From Escherichia coli (GTDB lineage: Bacteria; Pseudomonadota; Gammaproteobacteria; Enterobacterales; Enterobacteriaceae), in assembly GCF_003334765.1 (NCBI RefSeq), contig NZ_QOWT01000001.1: DNA of 64,000 bases, one strand, 5' to 3'. This document shows positions 1 to 14,146 of this stretch, one piece after another. The notes beneath the pieces are model-generated. The model did no database searches. It saw only the letters and a program-made list of their open reading frames with translations, and was not told where the DNA came from. Made by a program: the position numbers and the translations under genes. Position 1 is the stretch's first letter, and each line of letters opens with the position of its first letter.

Positions 1-328
1 TTTACAGGCGGCAAAACGTATTACCGAATGCCTGTTCAGCGGTTCTTTGAGTGCGCTGAGTGAAGCGGACTTCGAACAGCTGGCGCAGGACGGCGTACCG
101 ATGGTTGAGATGGAAAAGGGCGCAGACCTGATGCAGGCACTGGTCGATTCTGAACTGCAACCTTCCCGTGGTCAGGCACGTAAAACTATCGCCTCCAATG
201 CCATCACCATTAACGGTGAAAAACAGTCCGATCCTGAATACTTCTTTAAAGAAGAAGATCGTCTGTTTGGTCGTTTTACCTTACTGCGTCGCGGTAAAAA
301 GAATTACTGTCTGATTTGCTGGAAATAA
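1..328 (+). CDS. tyrS: tyrosyl-tRNA synthetase, C-terminal end (5' part lies outside the window)
   Basis: Frame is open from nt 2; translation ...[45 protein letters not shown]...[18 protein letters not shown] matches the TyrS C-terminal S4-like region; stop at 326-328. Confidence 0.85.
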
Positions 329-343
329 TGCATTAAGTGGAAA

Positions 344-376
344 GGGGGAGTGAGAAATCACTCCCCCTGGTTTTTA
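344..376 (+). terminator. intrinsic terminator downstream of tyrS
   Basis: GC-rich inverted repeat gggggag-tgagaaatca-ctccccc followed by tggttttta. Confidence 0.6.
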
Positions 377-386
377 TACAGGGAAC

Positions 387-1250
387 ATGATGAAAAATAT
401 TCTCGCTATCCAGTCTCACGTTGTTTATGGTCATGCGGGTAACAGTGCGGCAGAGTTTCCGATGCGCCGCCTGGGCGCGAACGTCTGGCCGCTGAACACC
501 GTTCAATTTTCTAATCACACCCAATACGGCAAATGGACTGGCTGCGTGATGCCGCCCAGCCATTTAACCGAAATTGTGCAAGGCATTGCCGCCATTGATA
601 AATTACACACCTGTGATGCCGTATTAAGTGGCTATCTGGGATCGGCGGAGCAGGGTGAACATATCCTCGGTATCGTCCGTCAGGTGAAAGCCGCGAATCC
701 GCAGGCGAAATATTTTTGCGATCCGGTAATGGGTCATCCGGAAAAAGGCTGTATCGTTGCACCGGGTGTCGCAGAGTTTCATGTGCGGCACGGTTTGCCT
801 GCCAGCGATATCATTGCGCCAAATCTGGTTGAGCTGGAAATACTCTGTGAGCATGCGGTAAATAACGTCGAAGAAGCGGTTCTGGCAGCGCGCGAACTCA
901 TTGCGCAAGGGCCACAAATTGTGTTGGTTAAACACCTGGCGCGAGCTGGCTACAGCCGTGACCGTTTTGAAATGCTGCTGGTCACCGCCGATGAAGCCTG
1001 GCATATCAGCCGTCCGCTGGTGGATTTTGGTATGCGCCAGCCGGTAGGTGTTGGTGATGTGACGAGCGGTTTACTGCTGGTGAAACTGCTTCAGGGGGCA
1101 ACGCTGCAGGAGGCGCTGGAACATGTGACCGCTGCAGTCTACGAAATCATGGTGACCACCAAAGCAATGCAGGAATATGAGCTGCAAGTGGTGGCTGCTC
1201 AGGATCGTATTGCCAAACCAGAACATTACTTCAGCGCAACAAAGCTCTGA
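387..1250 (+). CDS. pdxY: pyridoxal kinase 2 (PdxY)
   Basis: 287 aa [33 protein letters not shown]..., ribokinase/PfkB fold; recognised as PdxY. Confidence 0.92.
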   Translation: MMKNILAIQSHVVYGHAGNSAAEFPMRRLGANVWPLNTVQFSNHTQYGKWTGCVMPPSHLTEIVQGIAAIDKLHTCDAVLSGYLGSAEQGEHILGIVRQVKAANPQAKYFCDPVMGHPEKGCIVAPGVAEFHVRHGLPASDIIAPNLVELEILCEHAVNNVEEAVLAARELIAQGPQIVLVKHLARAGYSRDRFEMLLVTADEAWHISRPLVDFGMRQPVGVGDVTSGLLLVKLLQGATLQEALEHVTAAVYEIMVTTKAMQEYELQVVAAQDRIAKPEHYFSATKL

Positions 1251-1293
1251 AATATCTCATTTCGGCCCACAACGACCTGTGGGCCGATGGCTA

Positions 1294-1899
1294 TTACTTT
1301 AAGCCTTCCGCTGACAGCGCGTCTTGTACTTCCGGACGTTCAGCCATACGTTGCATAAATGCTGCAATGTGCTCTAACCCTTCCAGATTCAGTTTCACCG
1401 CGTATGCCCAGCGCAGAACCGTAAACAGATAGGCATCAGCAATTGTAAATCTTTGCCCGCAGATCCAGTGCTCATCCTTCAGTGCCTCGTTCACATATTG
1501 CAGCTTCTTCTCCAGCTGCGCGCGAACTGTCGGTTTGTACTCTTCCGGTGTATCAGGGCGAAACAGAGGTGTGAAACCTTTATGCAGCTCGGTGGCGATG
1601 TAATTCAGCCATTCGATGGTTTTATAGCGGGAAATACTGTTTACCGGTGCCAGCAACTGGCGGTCGGGGACGCTGTCGGCAAGATACTGCATAATCGCTA
1701 CGCCTTCCGTCAGCAAAGTACCGTCATCCAGCAGCAATGCAGGCACCTGCCCCTTAGGGTTAACGGCAAAGTAATCGTCACCGTTTTCGAGACGTTTTTT
1801 CATTAAATCCACGCTGACGAGGGTAAAATCCTTTCCGCTCTCACGCAGGGTGATATGGGAAGCGAGAGAGCAGGCACCCGGTTTGTAGAACAATTTCAT
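1294..1899 (-). CDS. gstA: glutathione S-transferase
   Basis: 201 aa [63 protein letters not shown]..., GST N- and C-domain pattern. Confidence 0.92.
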
Positions 1900-1949
1900 C
1901 GGTAACTCCTTTTGTCTGTGGTTTAAAGTATGGTAGTGCGTTGCTGAAC

Positions 1950-1981
1950 AAAAAAAAAGCCGCTAACGAAAAGTTAGCGGC
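1950..1981 (-). terminator. intrinsic terminator downstream of dtpA
   Basis: On the minus strand: hairpin gccgctaac-ttttc-gttagcggc followed by a run of 9 T; lies between the dtpA stop and the gstA start. Confidence 0.6.
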
Positions 1982-2004
1982 TTGTAAAAGAGTTTCCCTG
2001 AATT

Positions 2005-3507
2005 TTACGCTACGGCTGCTTTCGCCGCTTTGTCTGCAGCGTCATCCTGCGTCATGCGGTGCAGTTTCGGCGCGGTCAGCAGCATCAGTACTGCAATAAC
2101 GGCAGTAGCGACACCAATCTGCAAGAATACGCGACCATAGACTTCCAGTGACATCAGCGGATCGGTAACGTTATCCGGCACAGCCATCATACCCGCAACA
2201 TAACCACCAATCAGGTTTGCACCGGCAGTGGTCAGGAACCAGCTACCCATAATGAAGCCCATCAGACGCTGCGGAACGAGTTGAGCAACCATTGCCAGAC
2301 CCAGACCAGAGATCATCAGTTCCCCGATGCTCTGCAGGCCATAGCTTGCGACCAGCCAGCTTACAGACACGATACCAGCGTCAGACGCGAATTTCGCACC
2401 CAGCGGCAGAATCAGGAACGCACCAGAACACATCACCATGCCGATTGCAAACTTGGTTGGCATCGGCAGGGTATCGCCCATCTTGTTATAGATAGCGGCC
2501 AGAATCGGACTACCGATGATGATCCAGAACGGGTTCAGTGCCTGATACTGCTCAGGTTCTACGGCCAGACCCAGAATGGAGTGCTCAACGTTACGAATCG
2601 CAAAGAAGTTCAGTGACGTTGGCATCTGGCTGTACAGCACGAAGAAGATAATGGCTTCGAGCATCAGGATGAAGGCAACGATCATTTTACGACGCGCAGC
2701 ACCTTTCATCGCGAAGGCTTCTTTACCGAAGATAACCACGATACCGAAGGCAACAACGCCCAGCGCCATACGCGCAACTTCCTGATTGTGCAGCAGCCAG
2801 GTGGCGATAGCGATCAGTGCCACAACACCAATAATGGTCAGCAGCAGGTTACGGTAGTTGATAGGCTCGAAGTCTGGTTTTGAACCGTACTGTTTAACCC
2901 AGCGTTGGCAGAAGGCGAAGTTAACGATAGTGATCAGCAGGCCTACAACGCTCAACGCAAACGCAACACTCCAGCCGTATTTCGCGGCCAGCCACGGCGT
3001 AGCAATCATAGAGAAGAAAGAGCCGATGTTGACGGACATGTAGTACATGGTGAATGCACCGTCCAGACGCGGGTCGTTTTTCTCATAGCATGTAGAAAGC
3101 AGAGAAGACGGGTTAGCTTTAAACAGGCCGTTACCGACCGCAATAGCCGCCATACCCATATAAACGATACCGGCGTCGTGACCAGACCAGGCAACCAGAG
3201 CATAACCAATCGCCAGCACAATAGCGCCGAGCATAATTACGCGTTTAGTACCCAGTACCTTGTCACCTAACCAGCCGCCGATAGCGACCAGACCATAAAC
3301 CAGGGCACTAAAGGAAGAGAAAAGGGTGATTGAATCCGCTTCAGACATACCCAGTTGTTTAACCAGGTAAACAGCCATAATTCCTTGTAGGCCGTAATAA
3401 CCAAAACGTTCCCATAACTCAATCGAGAAGATGAGATAGAACGCCTTCGGTTGTTTGAAAGCGTTCAAACTGACGCTTTCAGTTGGTTTTTGGTTTGCAG
3501 TGGACAC
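2005..3507 (-). CDS. dtpA: proton-dependent di/tripeptide permease (POT family)
   Basis: 500 aa ORF with many TM segments, [43 protein letters not shown]... (POT family signature). Confidence 0.92.
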   Translation of the reverse strand: MSTANQKPTESVSLNAFKQPKAFYLIFSIELWERFGYYGLQGIMAVYLVKQLGMSEADSITLFSSFSALVYGLVAIGGWLGDKVLGTKRVIMLGAIVLAIGYALVAWSGHDAGIVYMGMAAIAVGNGLFKANPSSLLSTCYEKNDPRLDGAFTMYYMSVNIGSFFSMIATPWLAAKYGWSVAFALSVVGLLITIVNFAFCQRWVKQYGSKPDFEPINYRNLLLTIIGVVALIAIATWLLHNQEVARMALGVVAFGIVVIFGKEAFAMKGAARRKMIVAFILMLEAIIFFVLYSQMPTSLNFFAIRNVEHSILGLAVEPEQYQALNPFWIIIGSPILAAIYNKMGDTLPMPTKFAIGMVMCSGAFLILPLGAKFASDAGIVSVSWLVASYGLQSIGELMISGLGLAMVAQLVPQRLMGFIMGSWFLTTAGANLIGGYVAGMMAVPDNVTDPLMSLEVYGRVFLQIGVATAVIAVLMLLTAPKLHRMTQDDAADKAAKAAVA

Positions 3508-4117
3508 TTTTACCTCTTTTTTTACATCCCATATTAACGGGGGTGCTTTCTCGCGTTATGTATAAAAAACATACGCGCAATTGTTATAGTGGGAGGGGAA
3601 ACGGCAGGTAATGTTCACTATCTTGCACTTTCAGACAAGTCCTTTGTAATAATCTGTTACATATAACTGAGGCGGGGAATTCAACCATTCCGGGAAATGT
3701 TATCCAGCGTTAAATTTTTCAAAAAACGTAACGGCAGATTTTTTCACTGCACTGAGAGGGGGGTGATGGCTTAACGGCGATATGTTCTGCTATTTAGCGT
3801 TTTTACTAGTGAGATAGTCCAGTTTCTGAAAAATAGCCAGTGTAATGTTTTGTAGGTCAATATTTGTTGCGTGTGTAAATTTAAATGATTTTAACCTGAT
3901 TCTTGCAATGTTTTTACATTGCGACAGCATCGTGATCTTGATCACGAATGAATAGAAAATTTCGCTATTAAAAAAACAATTAACCTGCATTTTTGGTTAT
4001 CCGCAAACGGATTACCTGATGATAACGCTAAGCAATGGCATCATTGACGTTAAAAAGATGTTTTAAAAGAGGATAAAGAAAGGTTATCAATGGGGTAATC
4101 GGTGTTACCCCTTTTCT

Positions 4118-4753
4118 TCAGATGTCAACTTTCTCTTTGTATTCACAAAGATCTTCAATAATACAAGAGCCACAGCGGGGCTTGCGGGCAATGCAGGTAT
4201 AACGCCCGTGCAGGATCAACCAATGGTGGCAGTCGACTTTAAACTCTGCTGGAACCACTTTCAGTAGCTTTTCTTCTACCTGTTCGACGTTTTTCCCCGG
4301 CGCAAATTGAGTACGATTACAAACGCGGAAAATGTGCGTGTCGACAGCAATAGTCGGCCAGCCGAATGCAGTGTTTAATACGACGTTGGCTGTTTTACGA
4401 CCTACGCCGGGCAGGGCTTCAAGCGCAGCACGATCTTCCGGAACCTCGCCATTATGCTGCTCCAGCAAGATACGGCAGGTTTTGATGATATTTTCTGCTT
4501 TGCTGTTATAAAGCCCAATCGTTTTGATATAGGTTTTCACCCCTTCAACGCCCAGTTCAAGCATCGCTGCAGGCGTATTCGCCACCGGGTAGAGTTTCGC
4601 CGTCGCCTTATTAACACTGACATCGGTCGCCTGAGCGGAAAGCAGTACGGCAATCAGCAATTCAAAAGGCGAACTGAAATTAAGCTCGGTGGTGGGATGA
4701 GGATTGTTCTCACGCAGGCGAGTGAGGATCTCCAGGCGTTTTGCTTTATTCAT
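4118..4753 (-). CDS. nth: endonuclease III (DNA glycosylase/AP lyase)
   Basis: 211 aa; HhH-GPD motif LPGVGRKTANVVL and a C-terminal 4Fe-4S cysteine cluster CIARKPRCGSCIIEDLC; last gene of the rsx-nth cluster. Confidence 0.93.
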   Translation of the reverse strand: MNKAKRLEILTRLRENNPHPTTELNFSSPFELLIAVLLSAQATDVSVNKATAKLYPVANTPAAMLELGVEGVKTYIKTIGLYNSKAENIIKTCRILLEQHNGEVPEDRAALEALPGVGRKTANVVLNTAFGWPTIAVDTHIFRVCNRTQFAPGKNVEQVEEKLLKVVPAEFKVDCHHWLILHGRYTCIARKPRCGSCIIEDLCEYKEKVDI

Positions 4754-5448
4754 CAGACATTCCCTGTTTCACCGTTTGGCAATGCACGTTCTGCAGCTGC
4801 TTCAGCACGGCGCTTTTTCATTCTTTCATCAATCAGGTATTTTCCTGCCAGCATCAGTCCCAGGCCAATAAATGCACCTGGTGGCAGCATCGCCAGCAGG
4901 AAAGGGGAGTCGGTGTGGAAAATCTCCACGCGTAATACTTTTGCCCAGCTACCTAACAGCGCATCTGCACCGTCAAACAATGTGCCATTGCCGATAATTT
5001 CGCGTAGTGAACCCAGCACGAACATGGCGCAGGTTGCGCCCATACCAATTGAAAAGCCGTCCAGTGCCGAAAGCGCCGGACCTTTTTTGGCGGCGAAGGC
5101 TTCAGCGCGGCCCACAACGATACAGTTAGTGACAATCAGCGGAATAAAAATCCCTAATGATTGATACAGGCCAAAGGCGTAGGCGTTGATCAGCATCTGT
5201 ACAGCGCTGACCACCGAGGCGATGATCATCACGTAAATGGGAATGCGGATCTCGGCTGGCGTCCAGTGACGCAGCGTCGAAATGGTCAGGTTGGTCAGCG
5301 TCAGTACCAGCGTAGTCGCAAGTCCTAAACCCAGAGCGTTAGTGGCAGTGGACGTGACCGCCAACAGAGGACAAAGGCCGAGCAACTGGACCAGCGCAGA
5401 GTTGTTTTTCCACAACCCCTGAACAATAACGTCTTTAATTTCGCTCAC
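4753..5448 (-). CDS. rsxE: Rsx/Rnf electron transport complex subunit E
   Basis: 231 aa polytopic membrane protein, [43 protein letters not shown]...; 1-nt overlap with nth. Confidence 0.9.
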   Translation of the reverse strand: MSEIKDVIVQGLWKNNSALVQLLGLCPLLAVTSTATNALGLGLATTLVLTLTNLTISTLRHWTPAEIRIPIYVMIIASVVSAVQMLINAYAFGLYQSLGIFIPLIVTNCIVVGRAEAFAAKKGPALSALDGFSIGMGATCAMFVLGSLREIIGNGTLFDGADALLGSWAKVLRVEIFHTDSPFLLAMLPPGAFIGLGLMLAGKYLIDERMKKRRAEAAAERALPNGETGNV

Positions 5449-5451
5449 GCT

Positions 5452-6072
5452 TTATTCTCCACAGGCAGGAAGTTGAGAAAGTTGTGCCGGTAACGTCTGA
5501 GCGTACAATCCGGCGCGTTTTACCGCATTAACCACCGCGCGGGGAGTAATCGTCGCGCCGGTGAACTGGTCGAAATCACCACCATCTTTCTTCACCGCCC
5601 AGTGCGCATCATCTGCACCACTGATTTTTTTACCCGCAAAATGGGTGATCCAGTCAGAAAGGCGCAGTTCGATTTTATCGCCAAGCCCTGGCGTTTCGTG
5701 GTGCTCTGTCACGCGCGTGCCAAGTACCGTGCCGTTAAAATCGGCTCCCACCAGCAGCTGAATCGCACCGGAATAGCCATCTGGCGCGGTTGCTTCCAGA
5801 ACGGCGGCTACCGGTTTGTCATCCTGTTTGGCGATGTAAACCCGATGCTCACCTTTACCTAACTCTGGCGCAGTTACCAGATAGCAACTCTGTGCCAGCG
5901 CATTGTTATAGCGTTCGGCTGGCAGCACCTGATCAAATAACGCCTTTTGTTGCAGACTGGCCTGTTCAGCAATCGTCGTTTTGGTCATCTGGTTGATGGC
6001 CGCAGTTAACCCTGTTGAACCCGCTGCAAATAGCGCCAACGTAATGCCGTGTTTTCGGATAGTTTTCAGCAT
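5452..6072 (-). CDS. rsxG: Rsx/Rnf electron transport complex subunit G
   Basis: 206 aa, N-terminal TM segment, recognised RnfG-type sequence; tightly spaced in the operon. Confidence 0.9.
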   Translation of the reverse strand: MLKTIRKHGITLALFAAGSTGLTAAINQMTKTTIAEQASLQQKALFDQVLPAERYNNALAQSCYLVTAPELGKGEHRVYIAKQDDKPVAAVLEATAPDGYSGAIQLLVGADFNGTVLGTRVTEHHETPGLGDKIELRLSDWITHFAGKKISGADDAHWAVKKDGGDFDQFTGATITPRAVVNAVKRAGLYAQTLPAQLSQLPACGE

Positions 6073-6075
6073 GGT

Positions 6076-7134
6076 TTACCCTTTGCGATGGCCGTAGACG
6101 CGCGGACGCGTGTAGTAATCGATCAGAGGAACCGTGATGTTCGCCAGCAGGACGGCAAAAGCCACGCCGTCAGGATAGCCGCCGAAACTGCGGATCAACC
6201 AGACTAATAAGCCCGCAAGCGCGCCGAAAATAAGACGACCACGATTGGTCGTAGAAGCGGTAACCGGGTCAGTCAAAATAAAGAATGCGCCGAGCATGGT
6301 CGCTCCAGACAGCAGATGAATTTGCGGTGCTGCCAGTGTTTCTGGTGAGAACAACCAGCCCAACATTGCGCATAACGCCAGCGTTACTAAGAAGCTGAGG
6401 GGAATATGCCAGCGAATCGCTTTCTGCCATAGCAACCATACGCCGCCAGCCAGCCAGGCGAGATTTACCCATTGCCAACCAGCGCCCGCCAGAATACCGC
6501 TGTAGATCGGATATTGCATAATCTGTTCAACCGAATGACCGGCACGGACAGAGGTTTTAAATGTATCCAGCGGTGTCGCCTGACTAATGCCATCAATACC
6601 TAAGCGTAGTGTGTTCATATCACCACCACTGGCGGTATGACCGCTAAAAATAACCTGGATGGCGTCGATAAAACCAGGGATGTTGACCGCAATTTCATGT
6701 GGCGGTAACCAGCTGGTCATCTGCACGGGGAAGGAGATCAGTAAGACCACATAACCAATCATTGCCGGATTAAACGGGTTTTGTCCCAGACCGCCATACA
6801 ACTGTTTAGCGATGATCACCGCAAACACCGTACCCAGCACGACCATCCACCATGGCGCGAGGGGGGGAATACTTACCGCCAGCAATAAGCCTGTCAGCAA
6901 TGCTGAGTTATCTTTCAACGTTGCGGCTACCGACTGCTTGCGTAGTTTGAGTACGAGAGCTTCGGCTAACAGAGCACTAACCGATGCCAACAGGATCTGA
7001 ACGAGAGTACCCCAACCAAAAAACCACAGTTGCGCTGCGATTCCTGGCACGGCTGCGAGCAACACCAACAGCATAATGCGCGATGTCTGGCGCTGGTTAT
7101 GGGTATAAGGGGAGCTAGCTATTCTGAATACCAT
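6076..7134 (-). CDS. rsxD: Rsx/Rnf electron transport complex subunit D
   Basis: 352 aa polytopic membrane protein, [42 protein letters not shown]... (RnfD/NqrB family). Confidence 0.9.
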   Translation of the reverse strand: MVFRIASSPYTHNQRQTSRIMLLVLLAAVPGIAAQLWFFGWGTLVQILLASVSALLAEALVLKLRKQSVAATLKDNSALLTGLLLAVSIPPLAPWWMVVLGTVFAVIIAKQLYGGLGQNPFNPAMIGYVVLLISFPVQMTSWLPPHEIAVNIPGFIDAIQVIFSGHTASGGDMNTLRLGIDGISQATPLDTFKTSVRAGHSVEQIMQYPIYSGILAGAGWQWVNLAWLAGGVWLLWQKAIRWHIPLSFLVTLALCAMLGWLFSPETLAAPQIHLLSGATMLGAFFILTDPVTASTTNRGRLIFGALAGLLVWLIRSFGGYPDGVAFAVLLANITVPLIDYYTRPRVYGHRKG

Positions 7135-9927
<2,793 letters not shown>

Positions 9928-9928
<1 letters not shown>

Positions 9929-10509
9929 TACAACTTCACCAAACCACTAAAGCCCATAAAGGCCAGAGACATAAGACCTGCGGTAATTAACGCAATGGCA
10001 TTACCGCGAAAAGGTGCCGGGACATCAGCCACAGCAAGGCGTTCGCGGATGGCGGCGAAGAGCACCATCACCAGCGAGAAACCGACAGCGGCGGAAAAAC
10101 CGTACAGCGCCGACTGCAAGAAATTGTGCCCGAGATTGATATTCAGCAACGCCACGCCGAGCACTGCACAGTTGGTGGTGATAAGCGGCAAAAAAATCCC
10201 CAGCAGACGGTAAAGCACCGGGCTGGTTTTGCGCACCACCATCTCGGTGAACTGCACGACCACAGCAATCACCAGAATAAATGCCAGGGTGCGCAGGTAA
10301 ATCAGATTAAGTGGGATCAAAATCCACGTATCGATAAGCCAGGCGCAAATAGACGCCAGCGTCATCACAAACGTTGTTGCCAGCCCCATGCCCATCGCGG
10401 TTTCCAGTTTTTTGGAAACCCCCATAAACGGACAGAGACCGAGAAACTTGACCAGTACAAAGTTATTGACCAGTACAGTTCCGACAAACAGTAACAGGTA
10501 GTCAGTCAT
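9928..10509 (-). CDS. rsxA: Rsx/Rnf electron transport complex subunit A
   Basis: 193 aa polytopic membrane protein, [48 protein letters not shown]...; paralogous pattern to rsxE. Confidence 0.92.
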
Positions 10510-10585
10510 TTTTCGGCCTGAAATAAAAAAGCCGCCTATTATCCGTTAATCCAGAGCAGGCGACAACAGGTTAACTGTAAGGTTA

Positions 10586-11026
10586 TTACGGATTCACAAA
10601 CGTCGCTTTTACCCGCGACGAGCGTTTGAAATAGGGGACGATCAATGCGGTTGCCAACAAAGTAAACAGCAACTGGCGAACGGCTATGCCATCTTCCACG
10701 GGTGAAAAAGCGAATGCTTTTACTGCCAGCAATACGGAAATAAGCAGCCAGATAATATAGTGTTTAGGAACACAACGCCGACGTTTAAAGAAAGCGATGG
10801 TCAACCACAGTGTGTAATACCACAAGGCGATAGCGGTAATAAAAGAAACGCCCCATAAGATTTGTGTCGTCAGTGCTTGTCCGCCGAGCGTTTGAAATGT
10901 TTGCGGAGAAGATAACGCAGCGGTATACAGCAACAACGCCAGCGTCGTACTCAACAGAGCGACTAAAAGCCAGGCCAACGGGCCAAGCAACCAGCCTCCA
11001 ATACGTTGTGGCGTTGTGGTGGTCAT
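10586..11026 (-). CDS. ydgK: inner-membrane protein YdgK
   Basis: ORF track gives 154 aa; trimmed to the internal start MTTTTPQRIGGWLLGPLAWLL... to give the 146 aa I recall; hydrophobic. Confidence 0.8.
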   Translation of the reverse strand: MTTTTPQRIGGWLLGPLAWLLVALLSTTLALLLYTAALSSPQTFQTLGGQALTTQILWGVSFITAIALWYYTLWLTIAFFKRRRCVPKHYIIWLLISVLLAVKAFAFSPVEDGIAVRQLLFTLLATALIVPYFKRSSRVKATFVNP

Positions 11027-11111
11027 AGGTTCTCCAGAATAGCGACGCAAACAGGCAAATCTAATTTTAGGGGCGTTATTATAAGGCTTTTATAACCGAT
11101 CGCTACTTTCT

Positions 11112-11327
11112 TTATTGGACATAGTGCCAGACGGACTTCGGTACCTGGCCGAGGTCAAACAAACGCCCGCCAGAAACCAGCTCTGCGCGACGGTGATCGG
11201 CAGCACGATACATATTGATCAGTTCCTGATCGTCCGTCAGGGTGTAATTAAGATGGTCGTAGAGTTTTTCCAGACTTTCGAGTGAACTGATTTTGCGAAA
11301 TTTTAATAAGTAGTCCTGAACAGTCAT
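11112..11327 (-). CDS. cnu: Hha-family nucleoid-associated regulator Cnu (YdgT)
   Basis: 71 aa, [71 protein letters not shown] (Hha/YmoA family). Confidence 0.9.
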
Positions 11328-11599
11328 AAAAGGTCCATAAAATAATTAATACCAAAGGGGTAGGTATTATTAGTGATGATAAAATTTCACCAAAAGTGAA
11401 CGCTTGTGTTATTACAATAATAAGAATGCGCTGATGGCAAATATTCAGGGATGAAAAACTGCTCTGAAAAGAGTAACGCGCTTTACTATCCCTGACAATC
11501 ACCAACAACATCGAACAAGATAATAAATTCCTGGTTTAATATCCGACAAGTGAAAACATGCACCCGGACGGGCAGCATGTCGCTCCACAAGTGCAGAGC

Positions 11600-11725
11600 T
11601 TACTTGTGTTGTACCGAAGCACTCTGTTCAGGTGGCTGATAGTTGTCAATGTGACTCGCCACGCCAAGAAGAATGACTGAAACGACAAGAACGATCCAAC
11701 CTGTTAATTCAATAAGACGATTCAT
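11600..11725 (-). CDS. blr: small membrane protein Blr (41 aa)
   Basis: Last 41 codons of the 66-aa ORF 11600..11800: MNRLIELTGWIVLVVSVILLGVASHIDNYQPPEQSASVQHK, single TM helix. Confidence 0.75.
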   Translation of the reverse strand: MNRLIELTGWIVLVVSVILLGVASHIDNYQPPEQSASVQHK

Positions 11726-11967
11726 TACAGCCCACATCTCTCTTGATTGATCCATTAACTTCAGGGGGTAAATGTTACTTAGCAATAATAGCTCCAGCAA
11801 GATTTTTACTGAGGTTTTTGCGATATTTAGCTTTTGTCGTTGGAAAATTCGCTATTTTTTTGACTTAAGTTAAACAACATCCCTTATTGCTGGCAGGTTA
11901 TTAAACTGTTGAGCGTGGGTAAAGGATAGTGTCAAATAGCCATCATACTTCAATGAGAGGCAATGAC

Positions 11968-13008
11968 ATGAGCGACAACATCCGTGTTGGGTTGATTGGG
12001 TATGGTTATGCGAGCAAAACCTTCCATGCGCCCCTGATTGCGGGCACGCCCGGGCTGGAACTGGCGGTAATCTCCAGCAGTGATGAAACAAAAGTAAAAG
12101 CCGACTGGCCAACGGTTACGGTTGTCTCTGAGCCGAAGCATCTGTTTAACGATCCCAACATAGACCTGATTGTCATTCCTACACCCAACGATACCCATTT
12201 ACCGTTAGCCAAAGCGGCGCTTGAGGCGGGTAAACATGTGGTCGTTGATAAACCCTTTACCGTGACACTGTCACAAGCGCGAGAGCTGGATGCGCTGGCA
12301 AAAAGCCTGGGGCGTGTGCTGTCTGTATTCCATAACCGTCGCTGGGATAGCGATTTCTTGACGCTAAAAGGTTTACTCGCGGAAGGCGTGCTGGGTGAAG
12401 TTGCTTACTTTGAGTCTCATTTTGACCGCTTCCGTCCGCAGGTGCGCGATCGTTGGCGTGAACAGGGCGGCCCAGGCAGCGGTATCTGGTACGATTTAGC
12501 ACCACATCTTCTTGATCAGGCCATTACGCTTTTTGGTTTACCGGTCAGCATGACGGTAGATTTGGCACAGTTACGGCCCGGAGCGCAGTCGACCGATTAT
12601 TTCCACGCCATCTTGTCCTATCCACAGCGGCGAGTCATTTTACACGGTACCATGCTGGCAGCCGCTGAGTCAGCACGGTATATCGTGCATGGATCCCGAG
12701 GCAGTTATGTGAAATATGGCCTCGATCCACAGGAAGAACGTCTGAAAAATGGCGAGCGTCTACCGCAGGAAGACTGGGGCTACGATATGCGTGATGGCGT
12801 ACTTACCCGCGTGGAAGGTGAGGAACGTGTCGAAGAAACGCTGTTGACGGTGCCTGGGAATTATCCGGCTTACTATGCGGCTATTCGTGATGCGTTAAAT
12901 GGCGATGGTGAAAATCCGGTTCCGGCAAGCCAGGCAATCCAGGTAATGGAGTTGATTGAGCTGGGCATCGAATCCGCCAAACATCGCGCGACTTTGTGCC
13001 TTGCATGA
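11968..13008 (+). CDS. ydgJ: Gfo/Idh/MocA-family NAD(P)-dependent oxidoreductase
   Basis: ORF 11929..13008 trimmed to MSDNIRVGLIGYGYASKTFHAPLIAGTPG... (346 aa); N-terminal Rossmann GxGxxA motif. Confidence 0.88.
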   Translation: MSDNIRVGLIGYGYASKTFHAPLIAGTPGLELAVISSSDETKVKADWPTVTVVSEPKHLFNDPNIDLIVIPTPNDTHLPLAKAALEAGKHVVVDKPFTVTLSQARELDALAKSLGRVLSVFHNRRWDSDFLTLKGLLAEGVLGEVAYFESHFDRFRPQVRDRWREQGGPGSGIWYDLAPHLLDQAITLFGLPVSMTVDLAQLRPGAQSTDYFHAILSYPQRRVILHGTMLAAAESARYIVHGSRGSYVKYGLDPQEERLKNGERLPQEDWGYDMRDGVLTRVEGEERVEETLLTVPGNYPAYYAAIRDALNGDGENPVPASQAIQVMELIELGIESAKHRATLCLA

Positions 13009-13041
13009 AAAATGGATGGTGCATTTGCACCATCCATTTTG

Positions 13042-14043
13042 TTACTTCGCGGCGACTTTTTCTCGCAGTGCGCGTTTTTCCTCAGCGCTGAGGAAAGCCA
13101 TTTCCAGACCATTAATCTGTGCCTGGCGGATTTGCTCGCGGGATAACCCAGCAGCTGGCGCGGCAACGGTATATTCGTGAATGATATCCACTCCCTGTAC
13201 GCCGGGATCGTCAGTGTTAATGCTGGCACGAATGCCATGCTCAAGGAACGTTTTCAGCGGATGTGCAGCCAGCTCTGCTACGGTGCTGGTCTGAATATTG
13301 GAGGTCAGACAGGATTCAATACCAATTTGTTGCTCGGCGAGAAAATCCATCAGCGCCCGATCTTCAATGGCTTTTACGCCATGTCCAATACGCTCCGCAC
13401 CCAGTTCACGAATCGCCTGCCAGATGCTTTCCGGCCCGGCAGCTTCGCCTGCATGGACGGTAATATGCCAGCCCGCATCACGCGCGCGGTTGAAGTGAGA
13501 AAGGAACAGACTTCCCGGGAAACCAAGTTCATCACCGGCTAAATCAAGTGCGGTAATCTGGTCACGGTGGGCTAAAAAGGCCTCCAGCTCTTGCTGACAG
13601 GCGGCTTCGCCGAAGGTCCGGCTCATAATGCCGATAAGCTTCGCCTGCACACCAAAGGTGCGGCAACCTTCACGTACGCCATCGATCACCGCTTCGACAA
13701 CACCCGCTACAGGCAGCTGATGTGCCATTGCCATGTAGCCTGGTGAAAAACGCAGCTCGACATAGTGCAGGCCGTGACGGGCTGCATCTTCAATGTTTTC
13801 AAATGCCACGCGGCGACAGGCATCAAGAGAGGCGAGAACTTTAACGCCCCAGTCAAGTTTGGTCAGAAAGCTCACCAGATCGGGTTCGTTGGCAATGACC
13901 TGAACGTGGGGAATCAGTGTTTCCAGGGATTGTGCAGGAAGCGAGATATTATACTGGCGGCCAAGTTCAAGAATGGTCTGGGGACGAATGTTGCCATCAA
14001 GGTGGCGATGGATATCAGTTAATGGCAGGGTGGTATCAATCAT
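13042..14043 (-). CDS. add: adenosine deaminase
   Basis: 333 aa, [38 protein letters not shown]...; metal-dependent hydrolase HxH motif and SINTDDP near the C-terminus. Confidence 0.93.
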
Positions 14044-14146
14044 GGTCGCACTCTTTTTCTGGATATAAAAGTGCGCACCATTATAAAAACAAAGCAGGGT
14101 AAAAATCCACGATTGCGCAACGATTTTTTACGTTGCGCAATTGGGG

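Noticed and set aside
4454-5164. 236-aa plus-strand ORF antisense to nth and rsxE
   Set aside because: Entirely embedded antisense in two well-supported genes; translation is low-complexity (Ser/Ala/Pro/Arg-rich) with no recognisable motif or ribosome-binding site.
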